Shown one piece after another: positions 51,364 to 59,835 of a DNA stretch of 64,000 nt (position 1 is its first letter; each line of letters begins with the position of its first letter). This DNA comes from an uncultured Chloroflexia bacterium (GTDB lineage Bacteria; Chloroflexota; UBA6077; JACCZL01): NCBI GenBank assembly GCA_963765765.1, contig CAVXYC010000018.1, forward strand, positions 1-64,000, read 5' to 3'. A model generated the notes under the pieces. It saw only the letters and a list, made by a program, of their open reading frames with translations, searched no databases and had not been told where the DNA came from. The position numbers and the translations under genes were made by a program.

Positions 51364-51406
51364 GCATCCGGTGGTGACGAGCATTTTGCCCGTCACCACC
51401 GGATGC
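51364..51406. terminator. Hairpin between convergent VOC and eutA genes
   Basis: gcatccggtggtgacgagca-ttt-tgcccgtcaccaccggatgc. Confidence 0.75.
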
Positions 51407-51412
51407 TCTGGA

Positions 51413-52897
51413 CTACTTTGCTGAAGCGGGGAATACTAGCGACTTGATCACCACCGGCACCGCGCCAGACGCTGGTAGGAGCGCACCGATATCGATGTAG
51501 TCGAACTCGCGCAGCTCGATACCGTCGATGGAGACGACTTTCAAGTCCAGACCCATCTCTTCTCGGATGTGGATGCCCAGCAGACCGCCGATGTCGCCAT
51601 CATTCACCAGAACGAGCGGGTTCCCGCGATCAGTAATCCGTTTTAGCCCTCGCGTTACGCCAGAGCAGAAGTCATCCAGGCGCTGCCAGGTCGCTGAGCC
51701 GCGCCATTTGAACGCCAAAGCCACGGGCGTGTCGGTCTCCAGCAGATCGAAACGGGTCAGCGCATCCACGATTGCCCAATCAATCGCGTCCGGATCCAAC
51801 GTGTCGGTCTCGATCGAAATGATCGGCGCAACGACTGGCATATTCCGGAGCGGCACGACGTCGAGTGGCGAGAGAAAAATGGTGCTGCCGCTCACCTGGA
51901 TGGTGTATTGCGATGCGCCGATCACCGTGGCTCGAATACCTGCTGGCGGCTCGAACACCGTGAAACCCGTCTGGGCGAGCCTTGTCCGAATCTCCTCAGC
52001 CAGCACCATCCCAAGATCGTTGAACGCGGTCTTCTGGCGCTCGTAGACGAATTCTGACACGCCGCCTGAGAACGTTACCTCGTTGACCGGGCCGCGATAG
52101 CTGAGATTGGGCGTACGAGTGAGATGTGTACCTAGCGCTCCGTCAGGCCCAGGAATCGCCTTGAAGAGCTCATCAGTCATGTAGTGCGCCATCTTGCGCA
52201 TGCCATCGGTATCCAGGCTCCCGCCGACCTTCAGATCAAGTCCCACGGCTTCGCCGATCTGGCGGCCAGCGGGCTCCAATCGAACGATGGTCCCGCCCTC
52301 GTCATAGGCCACGAGTCGCGCGCCGACGTCGATAGCCGCCAGCTCCTCGGCGCGGCCTCGTCGGCAAACCACGAGCTTCGTGGTACCGCCGCCGATGTCA
52401 ACGTTGATCACCACGCCGTCTATCTCGCGGGAACGTTCGGCCGCGCCAGAGCCATATGCTGCCATCGTGGACTCGAGGTTATCGCCCGCGGAGACGGCTA
52501 CGAACTTTCCGGCTTCCTGGGAGAAGAGATCGCCGATCGATCGCGCGTTCTCGCGCAGCAGGGCCACTCCTGTAAGGATCAGTGCACCCGTATCGACGTC
52601 GGAGCGGTGCAATCGCGCCAGGTCATACTGACGTGAGATGAAGTAGCCAAGCTTGTTGCCGTCAATGGTGGTCTCGTCGATATACGGCGTGAATAGAATG
52701 TCTGACTCGTGCAGCACGCGGCGCTCCACGGTCTGGTAGCGGTTGTCCACACGCTCCAGAACGATGCGCGAGAACAGCAGATGGGAAGTGGACGAACCAA
52801 TGTCGACGCCCACGCTCGTAAGCTCAATGCGGTCTTCGGCGCCCATTTCGCGCTCAGGGGCGGTGAAGCCTCCCCTTGAGGCGGCGTCAGCCATGGT
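51413..52897 (-). CDS. eutA: Ethanolamine ammonia-lyase reactivating factor EutA-like ATPase
   Basis: SVGVDIGSSTSHL, DTGALILTG, RENA, FVAVSAG..LE..MAAYGSGA, NVDIGGGTTK, FSGGVSE, IRATVIGAS, DYIDIG and VPVVIKSL motifs. Confidence 0.9.
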   Translation of the reverse strand, partial: TMADAASRGGFTAPEREMGAEDRIELTSVGVDIGSSTSHLLFSRIVLERVDNRYQTVERRVLHESDILFTPYIDETTIDGNKLGYFISRQYDLARLHRSDVDTGALILTGVALLRENARSIGDLFSQEAGKFVAVSAGDNLESTMAAYGSGAAERSREIDGVVINVDIGGGTTKLVVCRRGRAEELAAIDVGARLVAYDEGGTIVRLEPAGRQIGEAVGLDLKVGGSLDTDGMRKMAHYMTDELFKAIPGPDGALGTHLTRTPNLSYRGPVNEVTFSGGVSEFVYERQKTAFNDLGMVLAEEIRTRLAQTGFTVFEPPAGIRATVIGASQYTIQVSGSTIFLSPLDVVPLRNMPVVAPIISIETDTLDPDAIDWAIVDALTRFDLLETDTPVALAFKWRGSATWQRLDDFCSGVTRGLKRITDRGNPLVLVNDGDIGGLLGIHIREEMGLDLKVVSIDGIELREFDYIDIGALLPASGAVPVVIKSLVFPASAK

Positions 52898-52968
52898 CAT
52901 CCTCCTCATAGGTACAAAGGGGTAACTAGAGTCCAGTTAGGATTTAAAGGGTCGGAATAGAGGAACGA

Positions 52969-53038
52969 AATGAAGAATGCAGAATTAAGAATGAAGAATT
53001 ATCGCTTGGAGCTTCATTTCTAATTCTGCATTCTTCAT
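52969..53038. repeat. AT-rich heptamer tandem-inverted repeat (STRR-like)
   Basis: atgaaga atgcaga attaaga atgaaga, then inverted ttctaat tctgcat tcttcat. Confidence 0.75.
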
Positions 53039-53042
53039 CACG

Positions 53043-54257
53043 TCAGGGCCACTCCACGCCGTCGGGCTTGACGTAGAGCGAATCCTTCATATCGCACTGC
53101 ACGCCGTGCTTGCCAAGCTGCTTGGCGTAGTACTCACGAATGTACGGATCTTCTTGCCAGTAGAGAATGGTGCGACCGCCCTCGTGAATGCCGTACAGAT
53201 TGCCCGGCTTTCTCTTCCTCATCGCGGTCGTTGATTCCCCAGCGTCCGTGGGGTCCTCCCCAGTAATTGATGACCCGCATGGGCTCTGAGCCGCAGCTGA
53301 AATGCTGATGGAACCAGTTGCCCCGCCCGGCGCCGCGGCTACCAGTCCGCCTTGCTTGTACTCCTGAATTTTCACACGGTCACCGTGACCGGTTTCCCAC
53401 GGCCGCGGTCCGAGATCCACAGGCCAGTTGAACGTGTATCCCTCGCCGCGTAGACACACCAAGATTGCGCCCGACGCGTGATAGTGGGCCTTGGAATAGC
53501 GTCCCTGCGGATATTGAGCAATGAATCCGCCGGTACCCGCGTCCGGAATGAATCCGTGGAAGTAGGGTTGGATGCGTCGGTAGCCCGGTGCCCGCTGATT
53601 ATCCAGAGGAAGCTCACAGCGCATGATGTCCGGGAAAACGTTGCTCCGGACGGCAGCACGCCCACGCACCTGATCGGCCTCGATGTCGTTTTTTGGCTTG
53701 AAGTAGTCTTCGCTCTCGTCAAAACGCCACTTGGGCTGATAGGGGTTCTCGAAGATGAACGCCGGGTCCTGGAAAATGTTGAAGATCGGCGGCGCGTTAT
53801 TCGCGGCCACCAGGACGGCGGTCGAGCTTCCCGCGTTCACGAAGCGGAAGTTGGCGTTCATGGGAATCATGAACAGCGAGCCTTCTTGCCACTCAAACGT
53901 ATGCTTCTTGCCGCTCTCACCCCAGACCTCGGTAGTGCCACGACCTTCGATCACGACGTAGAACTCGTCATACATGTGTCGGTCGGCCTTCGTCGCCCCG
54001 CGTCCCGGAACGCCCAGGATGAACATCCCCTTGATGTCTTCGTGGCCAGCGAGATAGAGGAAAGCGCCCCGCGCGCCAAGACGGCTCCAGTCGCCCAGCT
54101 CGACCTCGCGTGTGTCATAGACGCCGATTCCGCGAATGATCGGAATCCCCTGCTCATCCATGTATCGCTCGTAGGGGCTGTTAGAGCGATTGTATTTGTG
54201 CAGACCAGCGGCCTGATCTTCACCGCTCGGCTCAACCCAGCTCGCCGTTTGTGCCAT
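53043..54257 (-). CDS. Bicupin protein upstream of eutA (compensating frameshifts near 53320-53215)
   Basis: DRHMYDE, FEWQEGSLFMIPMN, YSKAHYH, WFHQHF (alternate frame) and GGRTILYWQED motifs. Confidence 0.82.
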   Translation of the reverse strand: MAQTASWVEPSGEDQAAGLHKYNRSNSPYERYMDEQGIPIIRGIGVYDTREVELGDWSRLGARGAFLYLAGHEDIKGMFILGVPGRGATKADRHMYDEFYVVIEGRGTTEVWGESGKKHTFEWQEGSLFMIPMNANFRFVNAGSSTAVLVAANNAPPIFNIFQDPAFIFENPYQPKWRFDESEDYFKPKNDIEADQVRGRAAVRSNVFPDIMRCELPLDNQRAPGYRRIQPYFHGFIPDAGTGGFIAQYPQGRYSKAHYHASGAILVCLRGEGYTFNWPVDLGPRPWETGHGDRVKIQEYKQGGLVAAAPGGATGSISISAAAQSPCGSSITGEDPTDAGESTTAMRKRKPGNLYGIHEGGRTILYWQEDPYIREYYAKQLGKHGVQCDMKDSLYVKPDGVEWP

Positions 54258-54301
54258 TGACTACTCCCTCGTGTTGCACAGTCAGTGATCCAATGATAGG
54301 A

Positions 54302-54376
54302 GGTAAGGACAAAATGGGACGGAGGGACCGGCCAGCCCTCCGTCCCATGCGTCCTCCGGGTCGCTTTTGTCCTTGA
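54302..54376. repeat. Nonamer (..GGAC / GTCC..) tandem-inverted short repeat
   Basis: aaggac aaaatgggac ggagggac ... gtcccatgc gtcctccgg gtcgctttt gtcctt. Similar to 6352-6414. Confidence 0.55.
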
Positions 54377-55537
54377 TTAGCGAGCTCCGGACTCTCCCGT
54401 GGGTGCCCCAGTGAGATCTGGGGTCGCCCACCCCTGGTCATCTACCTCGTCTGCTCGAATGTTGAGCATGACCCAATTTCCGCTCATCGACCGAACGCCC
54501 GCGAACGGGACGAACACGTCCCGATTGGTGGGGCGATGAACCAGGAAGGAGTTGTTGGAGATCTCTCTTACGTCCCCAATGGACGCACCGTCGCTGCCCA
54601 CCGCCTCCATACCTTCGCGCATCTGGGCGCGGTACTGACTACCGGGCGAGCTAATGAAACGCCCCTCACCGGGTTGGGACACTGGCTCGCCCTCAGAGCT
54701 TGACGTGGCGCTAGGCTGTGACTCTCCACGATGATTGTAACGGCGCCACTCATCGTCCCGGACCCGGGCTTGATACGATGACGAATCAGCACTGTTCGTA
54801 CGGCTCAGCGTGCCTCTCTCTGTTTGATCTACGCTGAGCTCATTGCGCACGTCCTTTACGCCTGTCACATCATCAATCACGTCCTCGATGAGCCGTTTTG
54901 TGTGGCGCCCATCAACCGAGCCGTGCAGCGTTACGACGCCATGTTCCACGCTGACGTCAACGTCACTCGCGTCGATCTGTCCATGGCGTGTCAATAATTC
55001 GCAGACATCCTCGTGGATCCGAGAATCGGGACGCCGATAGCCCCTTGGTCCGCGACCGACATACGGTCCCGACGAAGCCGACGCGACAGATTGCTTGTAA
55101 TGAGTGAGCGGGCGGTCGCCAGAGGTTCGTTCCCAGTCCTCGTGACCTCGCATCTCGCGCGGGCTCCATGAATCTCTGCTCCAGTGATGACGCGGACTCC
55201 AGTCCACGGTGCGGCTATACTCCGCATCCCAGTCCCACGCTTGAGATCGACGTCGATCCTCCGTATCCGAGAAGCGCCGGCCTCGTTCAGGTTCATATCC
55301 CGGGTCGCGGTAGCCGCGGGGCAGGGGGCCTCCCATCGGCTCTCGCTCATGCTCGCGATAGCCCCGTCCACGCTCACGGGACGCCGAGTGCCCTTCCTCC
55401 GAGCGATTGAAATGCTGCTCACGTGGATCGGCGAATTCTCGACCGCGACCCGTCCAGTGATGTTGACGCGAATCGTCATCCCGCCAGTCGCCAGAGTGTC
55501 CCCGCTCGTCGTCGTGCTCGAGATCATGTCGCGCCAT
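54377..55537 (-). CDS. BON domain + DUF2171-like protein with charged low-complexity N-terminus
   Basis: GRGPRGYRRPDSRIHEDVCELL..VTLHGSV..GVKDVRNEL (BON). C-terminal GMEAVGSDG..IG.V..FLVHRP..DVFVP..GW. Confidence 0.85.
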   Translation of the reverse strand: MARHDLEHDDERGHSGDWRDDDSRQHHWTGRGREFADPREQHFNRSEEGHSASRERGRGYREHEREPMGGPLPRGYRDPGYEPERGRRFSDTEDRRRSQAWDWDAEYSRTVDWSPRHHWSRDSWSPREMRGHEDWERTSGDRPLTHYKQSVASASSGPYVGRGPRGYRRPDSRIHEDVCELLTRHGQIDASDVDVSVEHGVVTLHGSVDGRHTKRLIEDVIDDVTGVKDVRNELSVDQTERGTLSRTNSADSSSYQARVRDDEWRRYNHRGESQPSATSSSEGEPVSQPGEGRFISSPGSQYRAQMREGMEAVGSDGASIGDVREISNNSFLVHRPTNRDVFVPFAGVRSMSGNWVMLNIRADEVDDQGWATPDLTGAPTGESGAR

Positions 55538-55726
55538 GACATACCCCTTCGTCCATTGGTCCGAAGCCCGCTTCTGGACTGTGCCGAATTGCACGCATGA
55601 TGCATGCCTCTCGCCCTTCGGCCAACTCGTTTATGGCGTGCCTTTACGAGTCCTTGATATCCTTCCGTTCGCCTGTTCCACGGACAGGCTCCGCCACTCA
55701 GCCGGCCTGCTATTCGAGACGCCCCT

Positions 55727-56470
55727 GTGTCACCATCTATATCCGCCTTTTTCCCTGCTTACAACGATGCCGGCACGATTGCGTCCATGGTCGTGTCCAC
55801 CGACGCCACACTGCGGACGCTCACTGATGACTACGAGATCATTGTGGTCAACGACGGCAGCCCCGATCACACGGCGCAGGTCCTCGCGGATCTGGAGCCA
55901 CACTATCCGCATCTGCGAGTGATCACTCACCCGCGCAATCGCGGTTACGGAGGAGCGTTGCGGAGCGGTTTCGCCAATGCTTCCAAGGACCTCATCTTCT
56001 ATACCGATGGTGACGCTCAATATGACCCGCGCGAAATCCGCCTGCTCTTCGAGCGTCTGGGAGACGACGTGGACGTGGTCCAGGGGTACAAGATTCAGCG
56101 CCATGACCCCGTGGAGCGGATTCTCATTGGCCGGATGTATCACCACGTGGTGAAATCAGCGTTCGGACTCAAGCTGAGGGATGTTGATTGCGATTTCCGA
56201 CTCATCCGCCGCGACATGTTCAATACGGTCGAGATCACTTCTGACAGCGGGGTCATCTGCGTTGAGCTGATGAAAAAGCTGCAAGACGCTGGCGCGCGAA
56301 TGGTGGAGGTTCCAGTGCACCACTATCATCGGGTGTACGGCAAGTCTCAGTTCTTCAATTTTCGTCGCGTCGCTCGCGTCGGCTGGGACCTTCTGGGGCT
56401 CTGGTGGCGCCTGGTGCCTCGACAGGAGCAGGTTCGTCGATCGCGAGGGAGTGCGAAGCATGCTAAATAA
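55727..56470 (+). CDS. Glycosyltransferase family 2 (polyprenol-phosphate glycosyltransferase-like)
   Basis: FFPAYND, VNDGSPD, NRGYGGALRSG, YTDGDAQY and DVDCDFRL motifs. Confidence 0.92.
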   Translation: MSPSISAFFPAYNDAGTIASMVVSTDATLRTLTDDYEIIVVNDGSPDHTAQVLADLEPHYPHLRVITHPRNRGYGGALRSGFANASKDLIFYTDGDAQYDPREIRLLFERLGDDVDVVQGYKIQRHDPVERILIGRMYHHVVKSAFGLKLRDVDCDFRLIRRDMFNTVEITSDSGVICVELMKKLQDAGARMVEVPVHHYHRVYGKSQFFNFRRVARVGWDLLGLWWRLVPRQEQVRRSRGSAKHAK

Positions 56471-57473
56471 CCCGGCACAAGCGTATGCGGGCCGCCAGGT
56501 CATGATCACCGGCGGACTGGGCTTCATCGGGTCCAACCTGGCGATTCGACTGGTGAACGCGGGCGCCAAGGTGCTGTTGGTGGATCGCATGGTCACCGAT
56601 CACGGCGGAGATGAAACTAACATCGAGCCCATCCGCGATCGAGTCACGGTCAATATCAATGACGTCGGCGACACGAAGGCAATGTCACGCCTGCTACGCA
56701 ACCAGGAAGTGATCTTCAACCTCGCGGGCCAGGTCTCGCATATCGATTCGATGCTTGACCCGTTCCGCGATCTTGACGTCAACTGCCGATCGCAGCTCGC
56801 CCTGCTCGAGACTTGCCGCACATCGAACCCCGAAGCCAAAGTGATTTTTGCTTCCACCAGGCAGATTTACGGGAAGCCAGATTATCTGCCCGTGGATGAG
56901 CGACACTTGTTGCATCCCACTGACGTAAACGGCATAAACAAGATGGCCGGCGAGTGGTATCACATCCTGTACAACCAGGTGTACGGGATCCGCGCGACCT
57001 CCTTGCGACTCACCAACACCTACGGGCCGCGGCAGCTCATGCGCCACAATCGCCAGGGCTTCATTCCATGGTTCGTCCGCCTGATTATTGAGGGCAAGCA
57101 GATCCAGATCTTTGGCGACGGCTCGCAGCTCCGCGACATGACCTACGTGGACGACGTTGTCGATGCGTTTCTACTCGCGGGAAATTCCGACGCTGCCAAC
57201 GGCCAGATCTTCAACCTCGGCGGACCACCGCCCATCTCGTTACGCGAGCTCGTCGCACTGATGATCGATGTCTATGGCAGCGGTAGTTTTGAGCTGATTC
57301 CGTTCCCGGACGAAAAGAAGGCGATTGATATCGGCTCGTTCTACGCCGACTATCAGGCGATTCACCGGACGCTTGGCTGGGAGCCGCGCACGTCACTTCG
57401 AGAGGGGCTGGCGCAGACGTTCGAGTTCTACAGGAAGTACCAGGACCGCTACTGGACGCCGGCCCCCGAATGA
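56460..57473 (+). CDS. NAD-dependent epimerase/dehydratase
   Basis: ITGGLGFIGS, NLAGQVSH, RLTNTYGP and GDGSQLRD motifs. Confidence 0.92.
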   Translation: MLNNPAQAYAGRQVMITGGLGFIGSNLAIRLVNAGAKVLLVDRMVTDHGGDETNIEPIRDRVTVNINDVGDTKAMSRLLRNQEVIFNLAGQVSHIDSMLDPFRDLDVNCRSQLALLETCRTSNPEAKVIFASTRQIYGKPDYLPVDERHLLHPTDVNGINKMAGEWYHILYNQVYGIRATSLRLTNTYGPRQLMRHNRQGFIPWFVRLIIEGKQIQIFGDGSQLRDMTYVDDVVDAFLLAGNSDAANGQIFNLGGPPPISLRELVALMIDVYGSGSFELIPFPDEKKAIDIGSFYADYQAIHRTLGWEPRTSLREGLAQTFEFYRKYQDRYWTPAPE

Positions 57474-57480
57474 AGGCGGC

Positions 57481-58590
57481 ATGTCGATGACGCCAGTCCC
57501 GTTCAACGACCTACGTCCGGGCATTGCCGCCCTTCGTGGCGAGATCGACGCCGCCATATCCGAAGTCCTGAATTCCGGACGATCGATCCTTGGCCCTCAG
57601 GTCACGGCATTCGAATCGGAGTTTGCTTCTTACTGCGGCGCGGCGGAGGGGGTTGGTGTGGCGTCCGGGACGGACGCGTTGAGCCTCGGACTGATGGCGC
57701 TCGGCGTGGAACCGGGCGATGAAGTGATCACCGTGGCTAACGCGGGAGTGCCTCCGGTAGCAGCGATCGAGCTGGCACATGCCACGCCGGTCCTCGTGGA
57801 TATCGACCCTAGAACACACAGCCTGGACGCCGAACAGGTGCGGCAGGCGGTCACGCCGCGAACTCGCGCGCTGATCGCGGTGCACCTGTACGGTCAGCCC
57901 GCGAGCATGGACCCCATCCTGACGCTGGCGCGCGAGCATGGCTTGCGTGTGCTCGAGGACTGCGCCCAGGCACACGGTGCGCTCTATCAGGGCCACCGTT
58001 GTGGAAGCATGGGCGACGCGGCCGCGTTCAGCTTCTACCCGACCAAGAATCTCGGGGCCATTGGCGATGGTGGAATGATCGTCACGTCGAAATCGGACGT
58101 GGCGCATCGAGCCCGTCTCCTGCGTCAATACGGCTGGGAAAAGCAGTACCACAGCGTCATGCCGGGCACGAACTCTCGCCTCGATGAACTGCAAGCAGCG
58201 ATCTTGCGCGTGAAACTACGCCATTTAGATGAGTCGAACGATGCCCGCAAAGCGATAGCCCGCCGCTACACCGATTCACTCTCGGAGTTTCGACCGATCG
58301 GCCACCAGGCAGACCAAGAATCCGTCTACCACCTCTACGTCGTCCAATCGACCGAGCGCGATGCGCTGAAGTCCTGGCTCGAAGAACAACAGATCGGCGC
58401 GGGTATCCATTATCCGAGTCCGGTTCATCACCAACCAGCATACGCTGACGTCCGCATCGGCCCGGGCGGGCTGGGGCACACGGAGCGGGCCGCGCGCGAG
58501 GTGCTTTCCCTGCCCCTGTTCCCCGAACTGGACGATGAGAGCGTGGACCGTGTAATCTCAGCCTGCCAGGAATTCGTGGCGACTCGGTGA
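57481..58590 (+). CDS. DegT/DnrJ/EryC1/StrS PLP-dependent sugar aminotransferase
   Basis: SGTDAL, VHLYGQ, EDCAQAHG, FSFYPTKNLGAIGDGG and NSRLDELQA motifs. Confidence 0.95.
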   Translation: MSMTPVPFNDLRPGIAALRGEIDAAISEVLNSGRSILGPQVTAFESEFASYCGAAEGVGVASGTDALSLGLMALGVEPGDEVITVANAGVPPVAAIELAHATPVLVDIDPRTHSLDAEQVRQAVTPRTRALIAVHLYGQPASMDPILTLAREHGLRVLEDCAQAHGALYQGHRCGSMGDAAAFSFYPTKNLGAIGDGGMIVTSKSDVAHRARLLRQYGWEKQYHSVMPGTNSRLDELQAAILRVKLRHLDESNDARKAIARRYTDSLSEFRPIGHQADQESVYHLYVVQSTERDALKSWLEEQQIGAGIHYPSPVHHQPAYADVRIGPGGLGHTERAAREVLSLPLFPELDDESVDRVISACQEFVATR

Positions 58591-58615
58591 CCACCGCCCG
58601 GGGCGCTCGGCGCTA

Positions 58616-59386
58616 ATGGATCTCGAACAATATGATGTGATGTTCCAGCAGGAAGAGCATCATTGGTGGTACCGCGGAATGCGCCAGATTACCGGAGCCC
58701 TGCTGGATCGGTGGTATCGTGGACCCAGACCTGCCAATATCCTGGATGCGGGCTGTGGAACCGGGGGCATGGTTCACTGGCTTGCTCGTTACGGCGCGGT
58801 GTCTGGCATTGACATCGCGGAAGCGGCGCTCAGTCGAGCGCATTCCCGCGGACTTGGCTCTCTCACACGCGGCTCTGTAGATGCCCTCCCTTTTCAGAGC
58901 GGCTCATTCGATCTGGTCACCAGCTTCGACGTGCTCTACCACCTGGACGTGAAAAATGACCTTCAAGCACTTGGTGAGATCCATCGCGTCCTCCGCCCAG
59001 GTGGTACGTTACTGATCCGAGTCCCCGCGCACGATTGGCTGCGGGGGCGCCATGACGTGTCAGTACATACCCGGCATCGCTACGGAAGTGGAGAGCTGCG
59101 CGCGAAACTCCGGCGAGTGGGCTTTCAAACTCGGCACGTCACGTTCGCCAACTCGGTCCTCTTTCCTCTGGCGCCAGTGAAACGGCTGCTGGAACGGACT
59201 GATCAGGAAGGCGTGCCGGATCTCTGGCGACCGCCGCGGCCTATCAACGATGCTCTAGCAGCCTTACTGGGCATGGAACGATTCATGGCGAGCACAAAGT
59301 CGATACCTGTCGGGCTGTCGCTTATCGCGGTGGCTGAGCGGTCAATAAAGGAGACCCGCCCGGATGCTCCGGGCGGGTCAACGTAG
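58616..59386 (+). CDS. Class I SAM-dependent methyltransferase
   Basis: HWWYRG, ILDAGCGTG, FDVLYH and LRPGG motifs. Confidence 0.9.
   Translation: MDLEQYDVMFQQEEHHWWYRGMRQITGALLDRWYRGPRPANILDAGCGTGGMVHWLARYGAVSGIDIAEAALSRAHSRGLGSLTRGSVDALPFQSGSFDLVTSFDVLYHLDVKNDLQALGEIHRVLRPGGTLLIRVPAHDWLRGRHDVSVHTRHRYGSGELRAKLRRVGFQTRHVTFANSVLFPLAPVKRLLERTDQEGVPDLWRPPRPINDALAALLGMERFMASTKSIPVGLSLIAVAERSIKETRPDAPGGST
59353..59379 (-). terminator. Intrinsic terminator for the small lipoprotein gene
   Basis: gacccgcccgga-tgc-tccgggcgggtc, followed on the minus strand by a T-rich tract (ctttatt). Confidence 0.65.
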
Positions 59387-59400
59387 TCGTGCGAAGGTTG

Positions 59401-59616
59401 TTACCGCGCGGCGGGCGAAGCGGCGGGCGAAGCGGCGGGGGATGCCGCGGCTCCCGGACTTGCAGCGGGCGAGGCAGCCGGCTTCGCGGCGGCGCTAGTC
59501 GCGGCGGCAGTCGGCTTGGCGGTTGGGCTGGGTGCGTTGCCGCCGCAGGCAGTGAGAACCACCGAGCTCGCCAATCCAACCGTAACGGCGAGTCGTTTGA
59601 TAACTGTCGGACTCAT
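59401..59616 (-). CDS. Small Pro/Ala/Ser/Thr-rich lipoprotein (linker only)
   Basis: Basic N-terminus, hydrophobic stretch, lipobox LTAC-GG, then PSPTAKPTAAATSAAAKPAASPAASPGAAASPAASPAASPAAR. Purine-rich RBS upstream, terminator downstream. Confidence 0.75.
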   Translation of the reverse strand: MSPTVIKRLAVTVGLASSVVLTACGGNAPSPTAKPTAAATSAAAKPAASPAASPGAAASPAASPAASPAAR

Positions 59617-59835
59617 GACTTCCTACTCTCCGAAGGCGCAGATTGTTAAGATAATCGTCCGCCTCCTTAACAACGGTCCATCGTAACGGAGTCAATTCAT
59701 TCAATTCAAGCTGCGATTCAATGTGTCGCTCAACACGATTCCCTTCCTTACAGGGAAGCGGGGCGTTCTGGGTCTATCGTTTTCCCGTGGGCGGGCGACT
59801 GGCGTGAGAGCGGTTTCCCCGAACAGCACGAGCCT

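Noticed and set aside
47452-52897. A cobalamin/ethanolamine utilisation (eut) locus
   Set aside because: Only eutA is present. No eutB/eutC, shell proteins or cobalamin riboswitch were recognised.
54377-55537. Arg/Asp/Glu-rich N-terminus of the BON protein as a repeat array
   Set aside because: Low-complexity coding sequence without discrete DNA repeat units, common in BON proteins.
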